Source of the DNA: an uncultured delta proteobacterium
GTDB taxonomy: Bacteria > Desulfobacterota > Binatia > UBA9968
Assembly (NCBI GenBank): GCA_963745035.1
Contig: CAVUVW010000014.1
Coordinates: 480,001 to 544,000, forward strand
Length of the DNA stretch: 64,000 bases
Reading direction: 5' to 3'
This document shows positions 19,786 to 35,369 of this stretch, piece by piece. The notes beneath the pieces are model-generated. The model was not told where the DNA came from and ran no database searches. It saw nothing but the letters and a program-made list of their open reading frames with translations. The translations under genes were made by a program, and so were the position numbers. Every line of letters starts with the position of its first letter. Position 1 is the first letter of the stretch.

Positions 19786-22700
19786 ATGAACGGTAAATCC
19801 ATCCCGTCGCCGTCCGATTTTCCCCGGGTTCTTTCCGCGGCCTCTCGGTTCTTCTCGTTTATCAATCACCGGCGGATAAAGCTCTGGCTGTGCTGGCTCG
19901 GTGCTCTTTTGGTCGTTTTTCTGTGTGCTTTCATAGAGTTTCAGACCTCGGCCTTGCAGTCCTGGATCTTTACCAGCACCAACGAACGGCTGTATTTCAA
20001 GCTTGGCGATGGCCCGAGTCAGGAGATCGCTTTTCCACGGTCGGCGCCGTTCGATGATCGGCGCGGTTATTCGAAGCTGCCGCTCTTCCTCTCCCGCCTG
20101 GAAGGGCAAAAATACCGCATCACTCGGCAGGTGCGCCAGTCCGAAACCATGCGCACGCTCTTTGAGCAAGGCATCTCGCCGCCCTACTTGGAACAGCCGG
20201 CGACCGGCCTTGAAGTACGCGGCGCCGACGGCGCGCCGCTGTTTCGCTACGGCCAAGCAGAATTTCTGTTCGCCAAAACGGAAGCGATCCCGCCCCTGCT
20301 GGTAAAAACCCTGCTGTTTCTCGAGAACCGCGATCTCGATAACCCGGCAACGCCGTGGCAAAACCCGGTGATCGAGTGGGATCGCACTCTCAAGGCGGCG
20401 ATGCTGTACATCGGCGCCAAATTGAATCTGCCGGTGCCGGTCCAGGGCGGCAGCACCCTCGCCGTGCAGTTGGAAAAATTTCGGCATTCTCCTCACGGCC
20501 GCACCGACACGCCGCTCGAAAAACTGCGCCAGATCGTCGGCGCGAGCCTCAAGGCTTACAGTGAAGGCGCCAACACCCGCGTCTGGCGGGAAAAGATCAT
20601 CATCGATTATCTCAACACCGTGCCGCTGGCCGCCGCGCCCGGCTACGGCGAGATCCACGGACTGGGCGAGGGGCTTTATGCATGGTTCGGCATGCGCCTG
20701 GATGAGGCCGTCGCGGCGTTGAATGCCGCGGGGCAAACGCCCGCCAAGGTACGCGCCTTCAAACACATCCTGACCTTGCTAATTTCCGTGCGCGCGCCTT
20801 CGGAATATCTGGTCGTCGAGCGCGCTTCGCTCGAAGACAAAGTCGATCAGTTTACCCGCCTGATGGCGCGCGCCGGAATCATCGATTGGGAATTTGCCGC
20901 CGAGTTGCAGGAAACCTCGATCCACTTCCTGCCCGCCGCGCCGCTGCCGCCGCAGCCGTCGTCGAGCAGGAACAAGGCGGCCAACGCGATCCGCACCAAT
21001 ATGATGGAGGCGCTCGGCGTCGGCAACCTCTACGACCTCAACCGGCTCGACTTGCAGGTCGGCAGCACCTTCGATGTGCCGCTTCAGAAGCAAGTGACCG
21101 ATTTCTTGAACCGCTTGGCCGATCCGAAATTCGTCGAGGCGAATGGACTGAATGGCGAGCGGCTCTTGGAGAAGGCCGACCCATCGAAGTTGATCTACTC
21201 GTTTCTGCTGGTGGAGGCGACGCCGGCCGGCAACTTGATCCGCGTGCAGGCGGACAACTTTGCCGCGCCCTTCGATTTCAACAAAAGCGTCAAGCTCGAA
21301 CTGGGCAGTACGGCCAAGCTGCGCACCCTCACCCACTACCTGGAGCTGGCGGCCGAGCTCCATCGCGAGCTTTCCGGCTTGGACGTAAAACAATTGGCGC
21401 AGCGCATACACGCCGCCCGCGACCCGCTGACCCGCTGGGCGGCGGAGACCGTGCGGGGGGAAAAAGGCATCGCGCTCCAGCCGTTCCTCGACGCCGCCAT
21501 GGCGCGCCGGTACTCGGCCAGCCCGTACGAAGACTTCTTCACCGGCGGCGGCGTGCACCGCTTCGAGAACTTCGACAAGCAAGAAAACGGGCTTGTGCTC
21601 AGCCTGCAGGACGCGTTTCGCACCTCGAACAATTTGATTTTCATTCGCTTGATGCGCGACCTGGTGAGTTATCATCGGGCGCGGCTCGCTTATGACGCCC
21701 ACGACGTGCTCGCCAATCCGGCCAACCTCGCGCGCCGCGAGATGCTCGAGGAAATCGCCGAGGAAGAATCCCGCCACGCGCTGCGCCGGGCCTACCAGAA
21801 CTATGCCGGGCAGACGCCCGAGGAAATCCTGCGGCGCGTGCTCGGCAAGGGCAACACCGAGCGGCGCTTGACGATCTTGTTCTTCGCCTGGCGCATCGGC
21901 CAAAGCGAGAACGAGCTCAAGGCATGGCTGAAAAAGAACCGAGTCGTGTTGGTCGACGCGGAGCTGTACCGGCTCTACCGCGCGTATCAAAATCCCCGCC
22001 TCACTTTGGCCGACTACGGCTATTTGCTTGCGCTCCATCCGCTCGATCTCTGGAGCGCCGGCGAGCTGCGCAAGCAGCCGGAGCTTGCCTGGGAAAAATT
22101 CTACGCCGGCCAGCGCAGCGGCGCGCCGGAGTAGGCTCGGCATGGCTGCTCAACGAGCGTGCCCGCCGCGCCCAGGACCTGCGCCTGCGCATCCGCATGG
22201 AAAAAGACGCCTTCCAACGCATGACGCCGTACTGGCAAAAACTCGGATTTCCCTTCAAGACCATGGTGCCGACCTATGCCACCGCGATCGGCGGCTCGTC
22301 GGACCGGCCGGTGGCGCTCGCCGAGCTGGTCGGTATTCTGGTCAACGACGGCGTGCGCCGGCCGTCGGTAAGCCTGACCGAAGTCCATTTCGCCGCCGGA
22401 ACGCCGTATGAATCGATACTCGAACGGGACCGGGAGTCCGGCCAACGCGTCTTAGCGCCTGAGGTCGCCCGCACCATGCGCAAAGCGATGGCCGACGTCG
22501 TCGAGCAAGGCACCGCCCGGCGGCTCAACGGGGTTTTTAAACTATCCGACGGTCGGGTTTTGACCGTCGGCGGCAAGACCGGCTCTGGCGATAATCGCTT
22601 CGAAACCTTCAGCCGCTCCGGCGCCGTCATCACCTCGCGTGCGACCAACCGTACCGCAACTTTCGTTTTCTACATCGGCGAGCGCTACTTTGGCGTGATC

Positions 22701-22931
22701 ACCGCCTATGTGCAGGGGCGCGAGGCGGACAATTATCGGTTTACCAGCGGCTTGCCGGTGTCTCTATTGAAGCTCATGGCGCCGACCCTGCTCGCAAAGC
22801 TCGACAAAAATCCTCAACCGCAGGCGGCGGCGAGTTCGCCGGTCGCGGGCGCCGTTGCCGCCAAGCGGCCGGCCAAACCGATCGAATATTCGCGTTCGCA
22901 GACTCAACCAAGCTCACCGGCCGCGCGTTGA
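19786..22931 (+). CDS. Large class A PBP-like transglycosylase/transpeptidase, frameshift ~22130
   Basis: GT51 motifs LENRD, QGGSTLAVQLEK; TP motifs GSTAK, SNN, GKTG (latter in second frame). Confidence 0.8.
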
Positions 22932-22999
22932 AACGATCTCACCGGACGCAATAACTCGCGCCGCCGCTTTCCTCTCTCGTCGCGCTTCGAAGAAATTTT

Positions 23000-23686
23000 C
23001 TACGTCCCGCGCCGGTTGCCGAACAGCTCGATATGCAGCCGCGGCGTGAAGCCGTAACCGTGATCGAGGCAGGCTTGAACGATCCAGGCGCGCTTTTCCT
23101 CAAGCTGCTTTCGCGTCGTTCCTTGCGCCATGATCAGCACCCGAGCGGTGTCGACGTTCTTTAACCGGTCAATGAGCCCGCGAATCTCGGCAAAGTCCGC
23201 TTGCGCATCGACGACGAATTTTAGCTGATAATCGTAGCGGTCGATATAACTTTGCAGCGCCGCAAAATTCAGCCGCCGCTGCTCGTGCATCGCGGCAAAC
23301 TTTCCCTTTGCTCGTTTCCACGGCGTCGAGCTGGCGAGCTTCGGACTGAGCGAGATTAGATCGCAGGCCACCGGCTTGAACAGGGTTCCCGCGGTCTCGA
23401 TGGTCACGTGCTTGCCTTTGCGCCGCAGCGCCGCCGTCAATTCTGCGATCTCCGCAGCGAGCATCGGCTCGCCGCCGGTAATCACGACGTGCCGCGCCGC
23501 ATGCTCGTCGACGCGGCGGAGAATCTTCGCCAGCGGCCAGGAAGATCCTTCGGGCCGCCACGAGGTGTAAGGCGTATCGCACCAGACGCAGCGCAGATTG
23601 CATCCCGAAGTGCGGATGAATAGCGACGGCGTGCCTATGAGGCGGCCTTCTCCTTGGATGGAGTAAAAGATTTCGCTGATGCGCAC
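23000..23686 (-). CDS. queE: 7-carboxy-7-deazaguanine synthase
   Basis: EIFYSIQGEG, GCNLRCVWCDT, ITGGEP, SLSPKL, PRLH. Confidence 0.9.
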   Translation of the reverse strand: MRISEIFYSIQGEGRLIGTPSLFIRTSGCNLRCVWCDTPYTSWRPEGSSWPLAKILRRVDEHAARHVVITGGEPMLAAEIAELTAALRRKGKHVTIETAGTLFKPVACDLISLSPKLASSTPWKRAKGKFAAMHEQRRLNFAALQSYIDRYDYQLKFVVDAQADFAEIRGLIDRLKNVDTARVLIMAQGTTRKQLEEKRAWIVQACLDHGYGFTPRLHIELFGNRRGT

Positions 23687-23841
23687 GTTACCAATTTAGC
23701 AAACCCGGCAGCAGGCCGACAGCGTTCCGCCCTTCCGACCATCGAGTTAACTTGCAACCGCAACGCCGTGTGGTAGACGTTAAAGGTTGGTGCTTCTGGA
23801 AAAGTTGCCGTCCCTGCGGACGGCGCGAGTAAAACGGAAAA

Positions 23842-24084
23842 ATGGCGGCGGACAAGGAAGCTTTGGCGGCCGAAGAGCGCAAGATTCGCCGGCTGCGCCG
23901 CGCCATGGACGTCGCCGCCGCGCTGCTCTGGAAGGTGAATTTGACACTGGAAGAAGCGCAGGACGTGGTGCGCCACGCCAAGCACACGGCCCTGCAACTT
24001 TTTCCGGACAAGGAAGCAACTTTCGACTTGATCTACGGGGCGCGCTTTCGGCGCATCCTCGTGGAAAAATATCGCTTGCAGTAG
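23842..24084 (+). CDS. Small hypothetical protein upstream of uvrA
   Basis: Helical 80 aa (EERKIRRLRR...LFPDKEATFDLIYGARFRR), 5 nt from uvrA. Confidence 0.65.
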   Translation: MAADKEALAAEERKIRRLRRAMDVAAALLWKVNLTLEEAQDVVRHAKHTALQLFPDKEATFDLIYGARFRRILVEKYRLQ

Positions 24085-24089
24085 ACTGA

Positions 24090-29813
<5,724 letters not shown>

Positions 29814-30194
29814 GTGGCGTCGCGGCTGCTCCAGATGCTCGGCTACGGGCTACGCCTGCGCTGCCCGCGCTGCGGCGCCGGCCGGCTCTTTCACAAGCCG
29901 TTTCGGATGTACGAGCAATGCGAGCATTGCGCTCTGAAGTTCGAGCGCGAGCAAGGCTATTTCATCGGCGCCATCTACATCAACTACGCCGCCACGGTCG
30001 CCATCGCCGTGCCGGGATTTTTCTTGTTGGACGCCTTCGCTGCCCTGACCATCGACCAGCAGCTGACCCTCTGGGTGCCGTTTGCCGTCGTCTTCCCGCT
30101 CGCCTTTTTCCACCACGCGCGCAGCCTGTGGCTCGTCCTGGATCACTTTTTTAATCCCGCCCAGCCGCTCTACAGTGTGCCGCCAAAGAAGTAG
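29814..30194 (+). CDS. DUF983 family membrane protein
   Basis: RCPRCGAGRLF...CEHC plus two TM segments. Confidence 0.75.
   Translation: MASRLLQMLGYGLRLRCPRCGAGRLFHKPFRMYEQCEHCALKFEREQGYFIGAIYINYAATVAIAVPGFFLLDAFAALTIDQQLTLWVPFAVVFPLAFFHHARSLWLVLDHFFNPAQPLYSVPPKK
30162..30194 (+). repeat. Direct repeat copy 1 (3' end of DUF983 gene; att-like)
   Basis: cagccgctctacagtgtgccgccaaagaagtag; 31/33 identical to 35048-35080. Confidence 0.85.
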
Positions 30195-30375
30195 CCGGCG
30201 CGAGCGCGAAGTGATGCCCTTGGTCGCAGGCGGCCTGCCGAACAAGGTGATCGCTTCTAAGCTCGGCACCATGGAGAAAACCATCAAAGTCGATCGCGCG
30301 CGAATCATGCAGAAAGTGAATGCCCAATCTCTGCCTGATTTGGCAAAGGCAGTGGAAAAGCTGCGGCTTTCATGA
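30195..30375 (+). pseudogene. FixJ/LuxR HTH remnant
   Basis: REREVMPLVAGGLPNKVIASKLGTMEKTIKVDRARIMQK, homologous to C-terminus of 39224-39871; no N-terminus. Confidence 0.8.
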
Positions 30376-30408
30376 AAGGCGGCAAGTCGGGTCCCGCTGT
30401 GAGTCATA

Positions 30409-30424
30409 TTGGACCAAGGTCCAA
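30409..30424. promoter_or_regulatory. Palindromic regulator site TTGGAC-N4-GTCCAA (copy 1)
   Basis: ttggaccaaggtccaa, 23 nt before TAACCT (TGn-extended). Confidence 0.75.
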
Positions 30425-30489
30425 TCGTTCCCGTAGTTCTTCAGTGATAACCTTTCATTCAGTCGGTTAAACGATCAATCCGAGATGCA

Positions 30490-30830
30490 ACTCGGTCGGA
30501 CTCGGCGTCGGCGGCAGCTCGGGAGAAGGCGTGCTCAGTTATCAAGGCACAGATTGCCCGTTCACGATCTCGGGTTTCAACGTAGCGGATGTCGGCGTGG
30601 CAAATTTCAGGGCGCCGGCAAAGTCTACGATCTTAAGATCTCCAGGATTTCTCCGGCAACTAAGCTGCCGCCCAGGCAACATTTTCGATTCGCGGCGGTC
30701 AGAGTGAGCTTTCCATGCGTAACGCCAAAGGCGTGACCCTGGTCGTGCTGGCGCGCGACGGCAAAGAGACGGGTACCCGCTTAAGCCTCGGTCCCCGCGG
30801 GCGTCACGTTGAGCTTGAATAATAATTTTC
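30490..30830 (+). pseudogene. Degenerate copy of C-terminal domain of gene 40461-42134
   Basis: SVGLGVGGSSGEGVLSYQG...ISG...FQGAGKVYDLK...GTRLSLGP with frameshifts. Confidence 0.75.
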
Positions 30831-30884
30831 CGTCGCTGAAAGCGGCGTAAGAACATCGTCGCTGCAAACGTAATTGGGCCGATA

Positions 30885-32015
30885 ATGGCGGAAGGTACTC
30901 TCTCGTTCGCGCAAACAAATGACGCCCTGCTCCAAGTTCGTCTGGGAGGAGCATGGCGCTTGCGCGGCGGTTTGCCTTCGGTCGCTTTGCTCGAGCGCGA
31001 GCTGAATTCCGCTCCGCGCGTCAAAAATATCAGCTTCGATGCCGCCGAGCTGCAATCCTGGGACAGCAGCGTGCTCGCCTTTTTGGTCGAAGCCTCAGCT
31101 TTGTGCCGCACGCGCGGTATTCAATTGGACCGCGCCGGCTTGCCTTCCGGGCTGCAGCGGCTTTTGGACTTGGCCGAAGCGGTGCCGGAAAAGCAAGGGG
31201 CGCGCAAAGAAACCGTTCAGACACCTTTCCTCGAGCGGATCGGCAACAGCGCCATCGGCGCCGGCTCTTCGCTCGGGGAGATGCTCGCGTTTCTCGGCGA
31301 AATGTCGGTGACATTCGTCAGGCTTTTGCGCATGAACGTGCGCTTTCGCGCCGTCGATTTGGTTTTGCTGATCCAACAATCCGGCGCCCAGGCGCTGCCG
31401 ATCGTGACCCTGATCAGCTTTTTGGTCGGCGTGATCCTCGCCTTCGTCGGCGCCGTTCAGTTGCGACAATTCGGCGCGCAGATCTACGTCGCCGATCTGG
31501 TCGGCATCGCGATGATCCGCGAGATGGGCGCCATGATGACCGGCATCATCATGGCCGGACGCACCGGCGCCGCTTTCGCCGCTCAACTCGGCACGATGAA
31601 AGTCACTCAGGAAATCGACGCCTTCACCACCCTGGGATTTTCACCGCTGGAGTTCCTTGTGCTGCCGCGGGTCATCGCCTTGGTGTTGATGATGCCGCTG
31701 CTCTGTTTGTACGCGGACATCATCGGCGTGCTCGGCGGCGCGGCGATCGGCGTCGGCATGCTCGATCTTTCGTGGACGACCTATTTCCGCCAGACCTCCA
31801 ACGCCGTCGATCTGGTCGATGTCTTCGGCGGCGTGTTTAAAGCATCGGTCTATGGCGTACTGATTGCGCTCTCGGGCTGTCTGCGCGGGATCCAGTGCGG
31901 CAACAGCTCGTCGGCGGTCGGCGATGCGGCAACCTCGGCGGTGGTGACTGGAATCGTCGCCATCGTCGTCGCCTGCGGCATTTTTGCCGTAGTGTTTTAC
32001 GTGCTCGGCATCTAA
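30885..32015 (+). CDS. MlaE-family ABC permease with N-terminal STAS-like domain
   Basis: REMGAMMTGIIMAGRTGAAFAAQLGTMKVTQEIDA; WDSS STAS motif. Confidence 0.9.
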   Translation: MAEGTLSFAQTNDALLQVRLGGAWRLRGGLPSVALLERELNSAPRVKNISFDAAELQSWDSSVLAFLVEASALCRTRGIQLDRAGLPSGLQRLLDLAEAVPEKQGARKETVQTPFLERIGNSAIGAGSSLGEMLAFLGEMSVTFVRLLRMNVRFRAVDLVLLIQQSGAQALPIVTLISFLVGVILAFVGAVQLRQFGAQIYVADLVGIAMIREMGAMMTGIIMAGRTGAAFAAQLGTMKVTQEIDAFTTLGFSPLEFLVLPRVIALVLMMPLLCLYADIIGVLGGAAIGVGMLDLSWTTYFRQTSNAVDLVDVFGGVFKASVYGVLIALSGCLRGIQCGNSSSAVGDAATSAVVTGIVAIVVACGIFAVVFYVLGI

Positions 32016-32053
32016 GGCCAATGCGATGGCTAAAGAGCGGCTGATGAACTGAC

Positions 32054-32842
32054 ATGGCGGACGGAAGAGCGACCAACGGCAACGGCGCCAAGGCGCACAT
32101 CACGGTGAGCGATCTCACCATGGCGTACGGCAGCTTTGTGTTGATGCGCGGTCTCAATTTCACCATTGATCACGGCGACGTGTTCATCATCATGGGCGGC
32201 AGCGGCTGCGGCAAGAGCACTTTGCTGCGCCACTTGATCGGACTCAAGGAGCCCGCCCAGGGCCACATCTATTATGGCGACGAGAACTTTACCCGCGCGG
32301 ATGCCGCCAAACGACAGGAGATGGTGCGGCGCATGGGCGTGTTGTTTCAAAGCGGCGCCCTGTGGAGCTCGATGACGTTAGCGGAAAACGTCGGGCTGGC
32401 CCTCGGCGAATATACCGATCTAAGCCCCAAGGAGATCGCCGAGATCGCCTCGCTCAAGCTCGCGCTGGTCGGCTTGAAAGGCTTTGAGGATTATTACCCA
32501 TCGCAGATCAGCGGCGGCATGCAGAAACGCGCCGGATTGGCGCGCGCCATGGCGCTCGATCCAGAGATTCTATTTTTCGACGAGCCTTCGGCGGGCTTGG
32601 ACCCGATCAGCTCGCGCTTGCTCGACGATTTGATTCTCGAACTGCGGGACAGTCTGGGCGCGACGGTTGTGGTGGTCACGCACGAGCTGGCGAGTATTTT
32701 CACCATTGGCAACAACAGCGTGTTTCTCGACACCGAGACGCGCACGATGATCGCCGGCGGCGACCCGAAGGAGCTTTTGGCCCATTCGCGCGATCCGAAA
32801 GTGCGCCGGTTTTTAACCCGCGCGGAGGAGGAAAGAGCGTGA
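32054..32842 (+). CDS. MlaF-family ABC ATPase
   Basis: GGSGCGKST, SGGMQKRAGLARA, FDEPSAGLDP. Confidence 0.9.
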   Translation: MADGRATNGNGAKAHITVSDLTMAYGSFVLMRGLNFTIDHGDVFIIMGGSGCGKSTLLRHLIGLKEPAQGHIYYGDENFTRADAAKRQEMVRRMGVLFQSGALWSSMTLAENVGLALGEYTDLSPKEIAEIASLKLALVGLKGFEDYYPSQISGGMQKRAGLARAMALDPEILFFDEPSAGLDPISSRLLDDLILELRDSLGATVVVVTHELASIFTIGNNSVFLDTETRTMIAGGDPKELLAHSRDPKVRRFLTRAEEERA

Positions 32843-33849
32843 GCAAGAGAATCAGTCCGACGTTGATCGGCGCCTTCGTCCTCGGCGCGCTGGCTCTGGT
32901 CGTGGTCGCGGTGGTCGCTTTGGGCTCCGGGAGATTTTTCCGTCAGACTCGCGAGTTCGTGCTTTACTTCGACAGCTCGGTCAACGGTCTGCGCGTCGGC
33001 GCGCCGGTCAAGTTCAAAGGCGTCGAGATCGGCGCCGTCAAAGACATTCGCTTGCAACTCGAAAAGAGCGCGCAGGTCGACAAGATTCCGGTCATCATCG
33101 AAATCGATCTGGAGAAATTGACCTCGCGCGGCGCGAGCGGCGAGGTCGCGCGCGATCTGCCAACTTTCCATCAGACGATCGTTAAGATGGGACTGCGTGG
33201 CCAGCTCTTGATGGAAAGTCTGGTGACCGGCTTGCTCTATGTCGGGTTGGATCTGTTTCCCAACAGCCCGGTACGTCTCGTACAAACGGCCGGCAACAAT
33301 TACCGCTATCCGGAGATTCCCACCATACCGACCACGTTGGAAGAGGCCCAGGACGCAGTGACTCGTATCATTTCCAAACTTGAGGAGCTCGATTTCAAAG
33401 GCCTGACGAAGTCGCTCACCGAAACGGTCGATGGCATCAATCAACTGGTCAACTCGCCTGAAGTCAAGGCCTCGCTGCACGATTTGCGGCAAACAATGCC
33501 GAAGGTCGATGATGCGTTGGTGAGCGTGCGCAAGGCAGCGACGAGCCTGGACGCCAACGTGACAACGCTAAGCGCTAGCCTGGAACAGACCTCAGATGCG
33601 ACCCGCGAAGCGATGCAACAGGCAGCGGTCGCTCTCAAGCAATCCGACGGCGCGCTTAAGGCGGCTGAAGCCGCCATGGTCAACGTGAACGGCATCGTCG
33701 ATCAGGACTCGCCGACATTGTACGAGTTCAGAAGAAGCATGAAGGAGATCGCTGCGGCGGCGCGCACCTTGAGACTTTTGAGCGGCTATATCGAGAGAAA
33801 TCCCCGGGCTTTAATCTTCGGAAAGCCGGAAATCGTGGGAGACCAATGA
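32839..33849 (+). CDS. MlaD/MCE-domain protein with coiled-coil (PqiB-like)
   Basis: SVNGLRVGAPVKFKGVEIGAV, SLVTGLLYV, IERNPRALIFGK. Confidence 0.88.
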   Translation: MSKRISPTLIGAFVLGALALVVVAVVALGSGRFFRQTREFVLYFDSSVNGLRVGAPVKFKGVEIGAVKDIRLQLEKSAQVDKIPVIIEIDLEKLTSRGASGEVARDLPTFHQTIVKMGLRGQLLMESLVTGLLYVGLDLFPNSPVRLVQTAGNNYRYPEIPTIPTTLEEAQDAVTRIISKLEELDFKGLTKSLTETVDGINQLVNSPEVKASLHDLRQTMPKVDDALVSVRKAATSLDANVTTLSASLEQTSDATREAMQQAAVALKQSDGALKAAEAAMVNVNGIVDQDSPTLYEFRRSMKEIAAAARTLRLLSGYIERNPRALIFGKPEIVGDQ

Positions 33850-34460
33850 AATTTCTTCTTATCGTCGGATTCGCGCTCGCGCTCGCCGGCTGTACAAATT
33901 TCTCGGCGCAACCGGACCCATCGCGGTTCTTCACTCTGTCGGCGCTCTCGCAAGGCGAAGAAGGCGCGGAAAAGCACCCCGCGCAGGCTCCGAATCTCTC
34001 TTTCGGCATCGGGCCGGTGAGCTTGCCCGGCTACCTCGATCGTCAAGAGATCGTCACGCGTATCGCGCAAAACCAAATTCGTCTTTCCGACTACGATCGT
34101 TGGGCCGAGCCGCTCGAAGAAAGCATCGGCCGCGTGGTGTCGCAGAATGTAGCAAGTATTTTACGCGCAGAGCGGATCACAAGTTATCCGTGGCCGATCG
34201 ACAGGAGGCCGCTCTATCAAGTGGAACTCGAGATGCTGCGATTCGAAACCAACAACTCCCAGGAAGCGCACTTGGCGGCACGTTGGACGGTGCGCAACAC
34301 GGGAAAAAAAGATTCCGTCCGCTATCGCGATACCCGGCTGTCGCGGCCGGCGCGCGCCAGCTCCACCGACGCTTCCGTTGCCGCGCTGAGCGAGGTGTTG
34401 AAAGATCTGAGCCGGCAGATTGCGGACGCGATCGAGAACATGGACAGCAGCGGCAAATGA
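33846..34460 (+). CDS. PqiC-family ABC auxiliary lipoprotein
   Basis: Lipobox LAGC; GPVSLPGYLDRQEIV, RWAEPL. Confidence 0.88.
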   Translation: MKFLLIVGFALALAGCTNFSAQPDPSRFFTLSALSQGEEGAEKHPAQAPNLSFGIGPVSLPGYLDRQEIVTRIAQNQIRLSDYDRWAEPLEESIGRVVSQNVASILRAERITSYPWPIDRRPLYQVELEMLRFETNNSQEAHLAARWTVRNTGKKDSVRYRDTRLSRPARASSTDASVAALSEVLKDLSRQIADAIENMDSSGK

Positions 34461-34554
34461 CCGTCAGTGACAAAATCCTTGACGTAAGCAAGCGAGTACC
34501 GTTGAAACGGTAAGATGGGAACAAGCATGAATGTAGTCAAATTTGCGGCAGTGA

Positions 34555-34915
34555 AACGATCGCAACGTGTCCTCAACCAATTCCTTGAAGTCAATCCGAT
34601 AGCTCTTCAGCCGCCATTGCAAAGTGCGCGGGCTCACGCCCAACGCATTGGCGGCGCGTGCCAGGTGAAGGCTGCCATCCGTCATTAACTGAGCGATCGT
34701 TTTGCTAATCAGCCTCAGATCCTTAGGTATGCGGCTCAACACTTCGTCCAGATAGTGGGTGATGTAGCAGGGCGGACCGATGACCAGGCCTTCGGCCTGC
34801 GTTTTGGAGCGCGCAGCAATCCGAAAAATATCGGCGTCCTCGCTTACGCGGTTATGAATGCGCCGACTGTTGCCGCCGCTTTCGAAACTGCGGGACGGTA
34901 TATCCATTTGGCTTG
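34555..34915. pseudogene. Scrambled AraC-family remnant: C-part on minus strand, N-part on plus strand
   Basis: Minus: ARAANALGVSPRTLQWRLK...FKELVEDT; plus: DQAFGLRFGARSNPKNIGVLAYAVMNAPT; both match 62308-63414. Confidence 0.75.
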
Positions 34916-35047
34916 ATTTTAGCCCGGCAATCGCTCTAAAGTCCGGGCTGTCGTGGGAACCTCCCAGAGTGCTTGTTCCGGAATCCGCCCGTCGCACCAT
35001 TGGTTTGTTCTTGGTCTTTGCGCCTGTAGCAGTTTTTTGGTGCCGAG

Positions 35048-35080
35048 CAGCCGCCCTACAGCGTGCCGCCAAAGAAGTAG
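35048..35080 (+). repeat. Direct repeat copy 2 (att-like)
   Basis: cagccgccctacagcgtgccgccaaagaagtag. Confidence 0.85.
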
Positions 35081-35369
35081 GTGGGCGGCTGATCACGTCT
35101 GCTGTCGTTCACGCGTTTGCGGCGCGCACAAAACAGAGGCAGAGACCGGCCCGCCGCGACAATCGCAAAATAATCTTTCTGACATCGAAACTATACCGAA
35201 AGCATGTGCGGCTTTGTTGAACGACCTCACTGCGCGCCTCATGTTAATCCTCCGTTGCCGCATTGCTGAAGCTGTTTCCTTTGTGCTACACACTGCTTCT
35301 CCTTGAGGGGTTAGGTTTCCCCAATTTTGAGGCATTTGCCGCCGGCCACCCTTTGATGAGGATTAGACG

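Noticed and set aside
22100-22140. Programmed frameshift in the PBP gene
   Set aside because: No convincing slippery site with stimulator; similar indels elsewhere point to sequencing error.
30082-30375. 97-aa LuxR ORF as a real gene
   Set aside because: Its N-terminal part is an off-frame reading of DUF983; homology starts only after the repeat junction.
34464-35096. 210-aa ORF as an intact AraC regulator
   Set aside because: Only ~70 aa are AraC-like, the second HTH is missing, and the remainder is antisense of the inverted N-terminal remnant.
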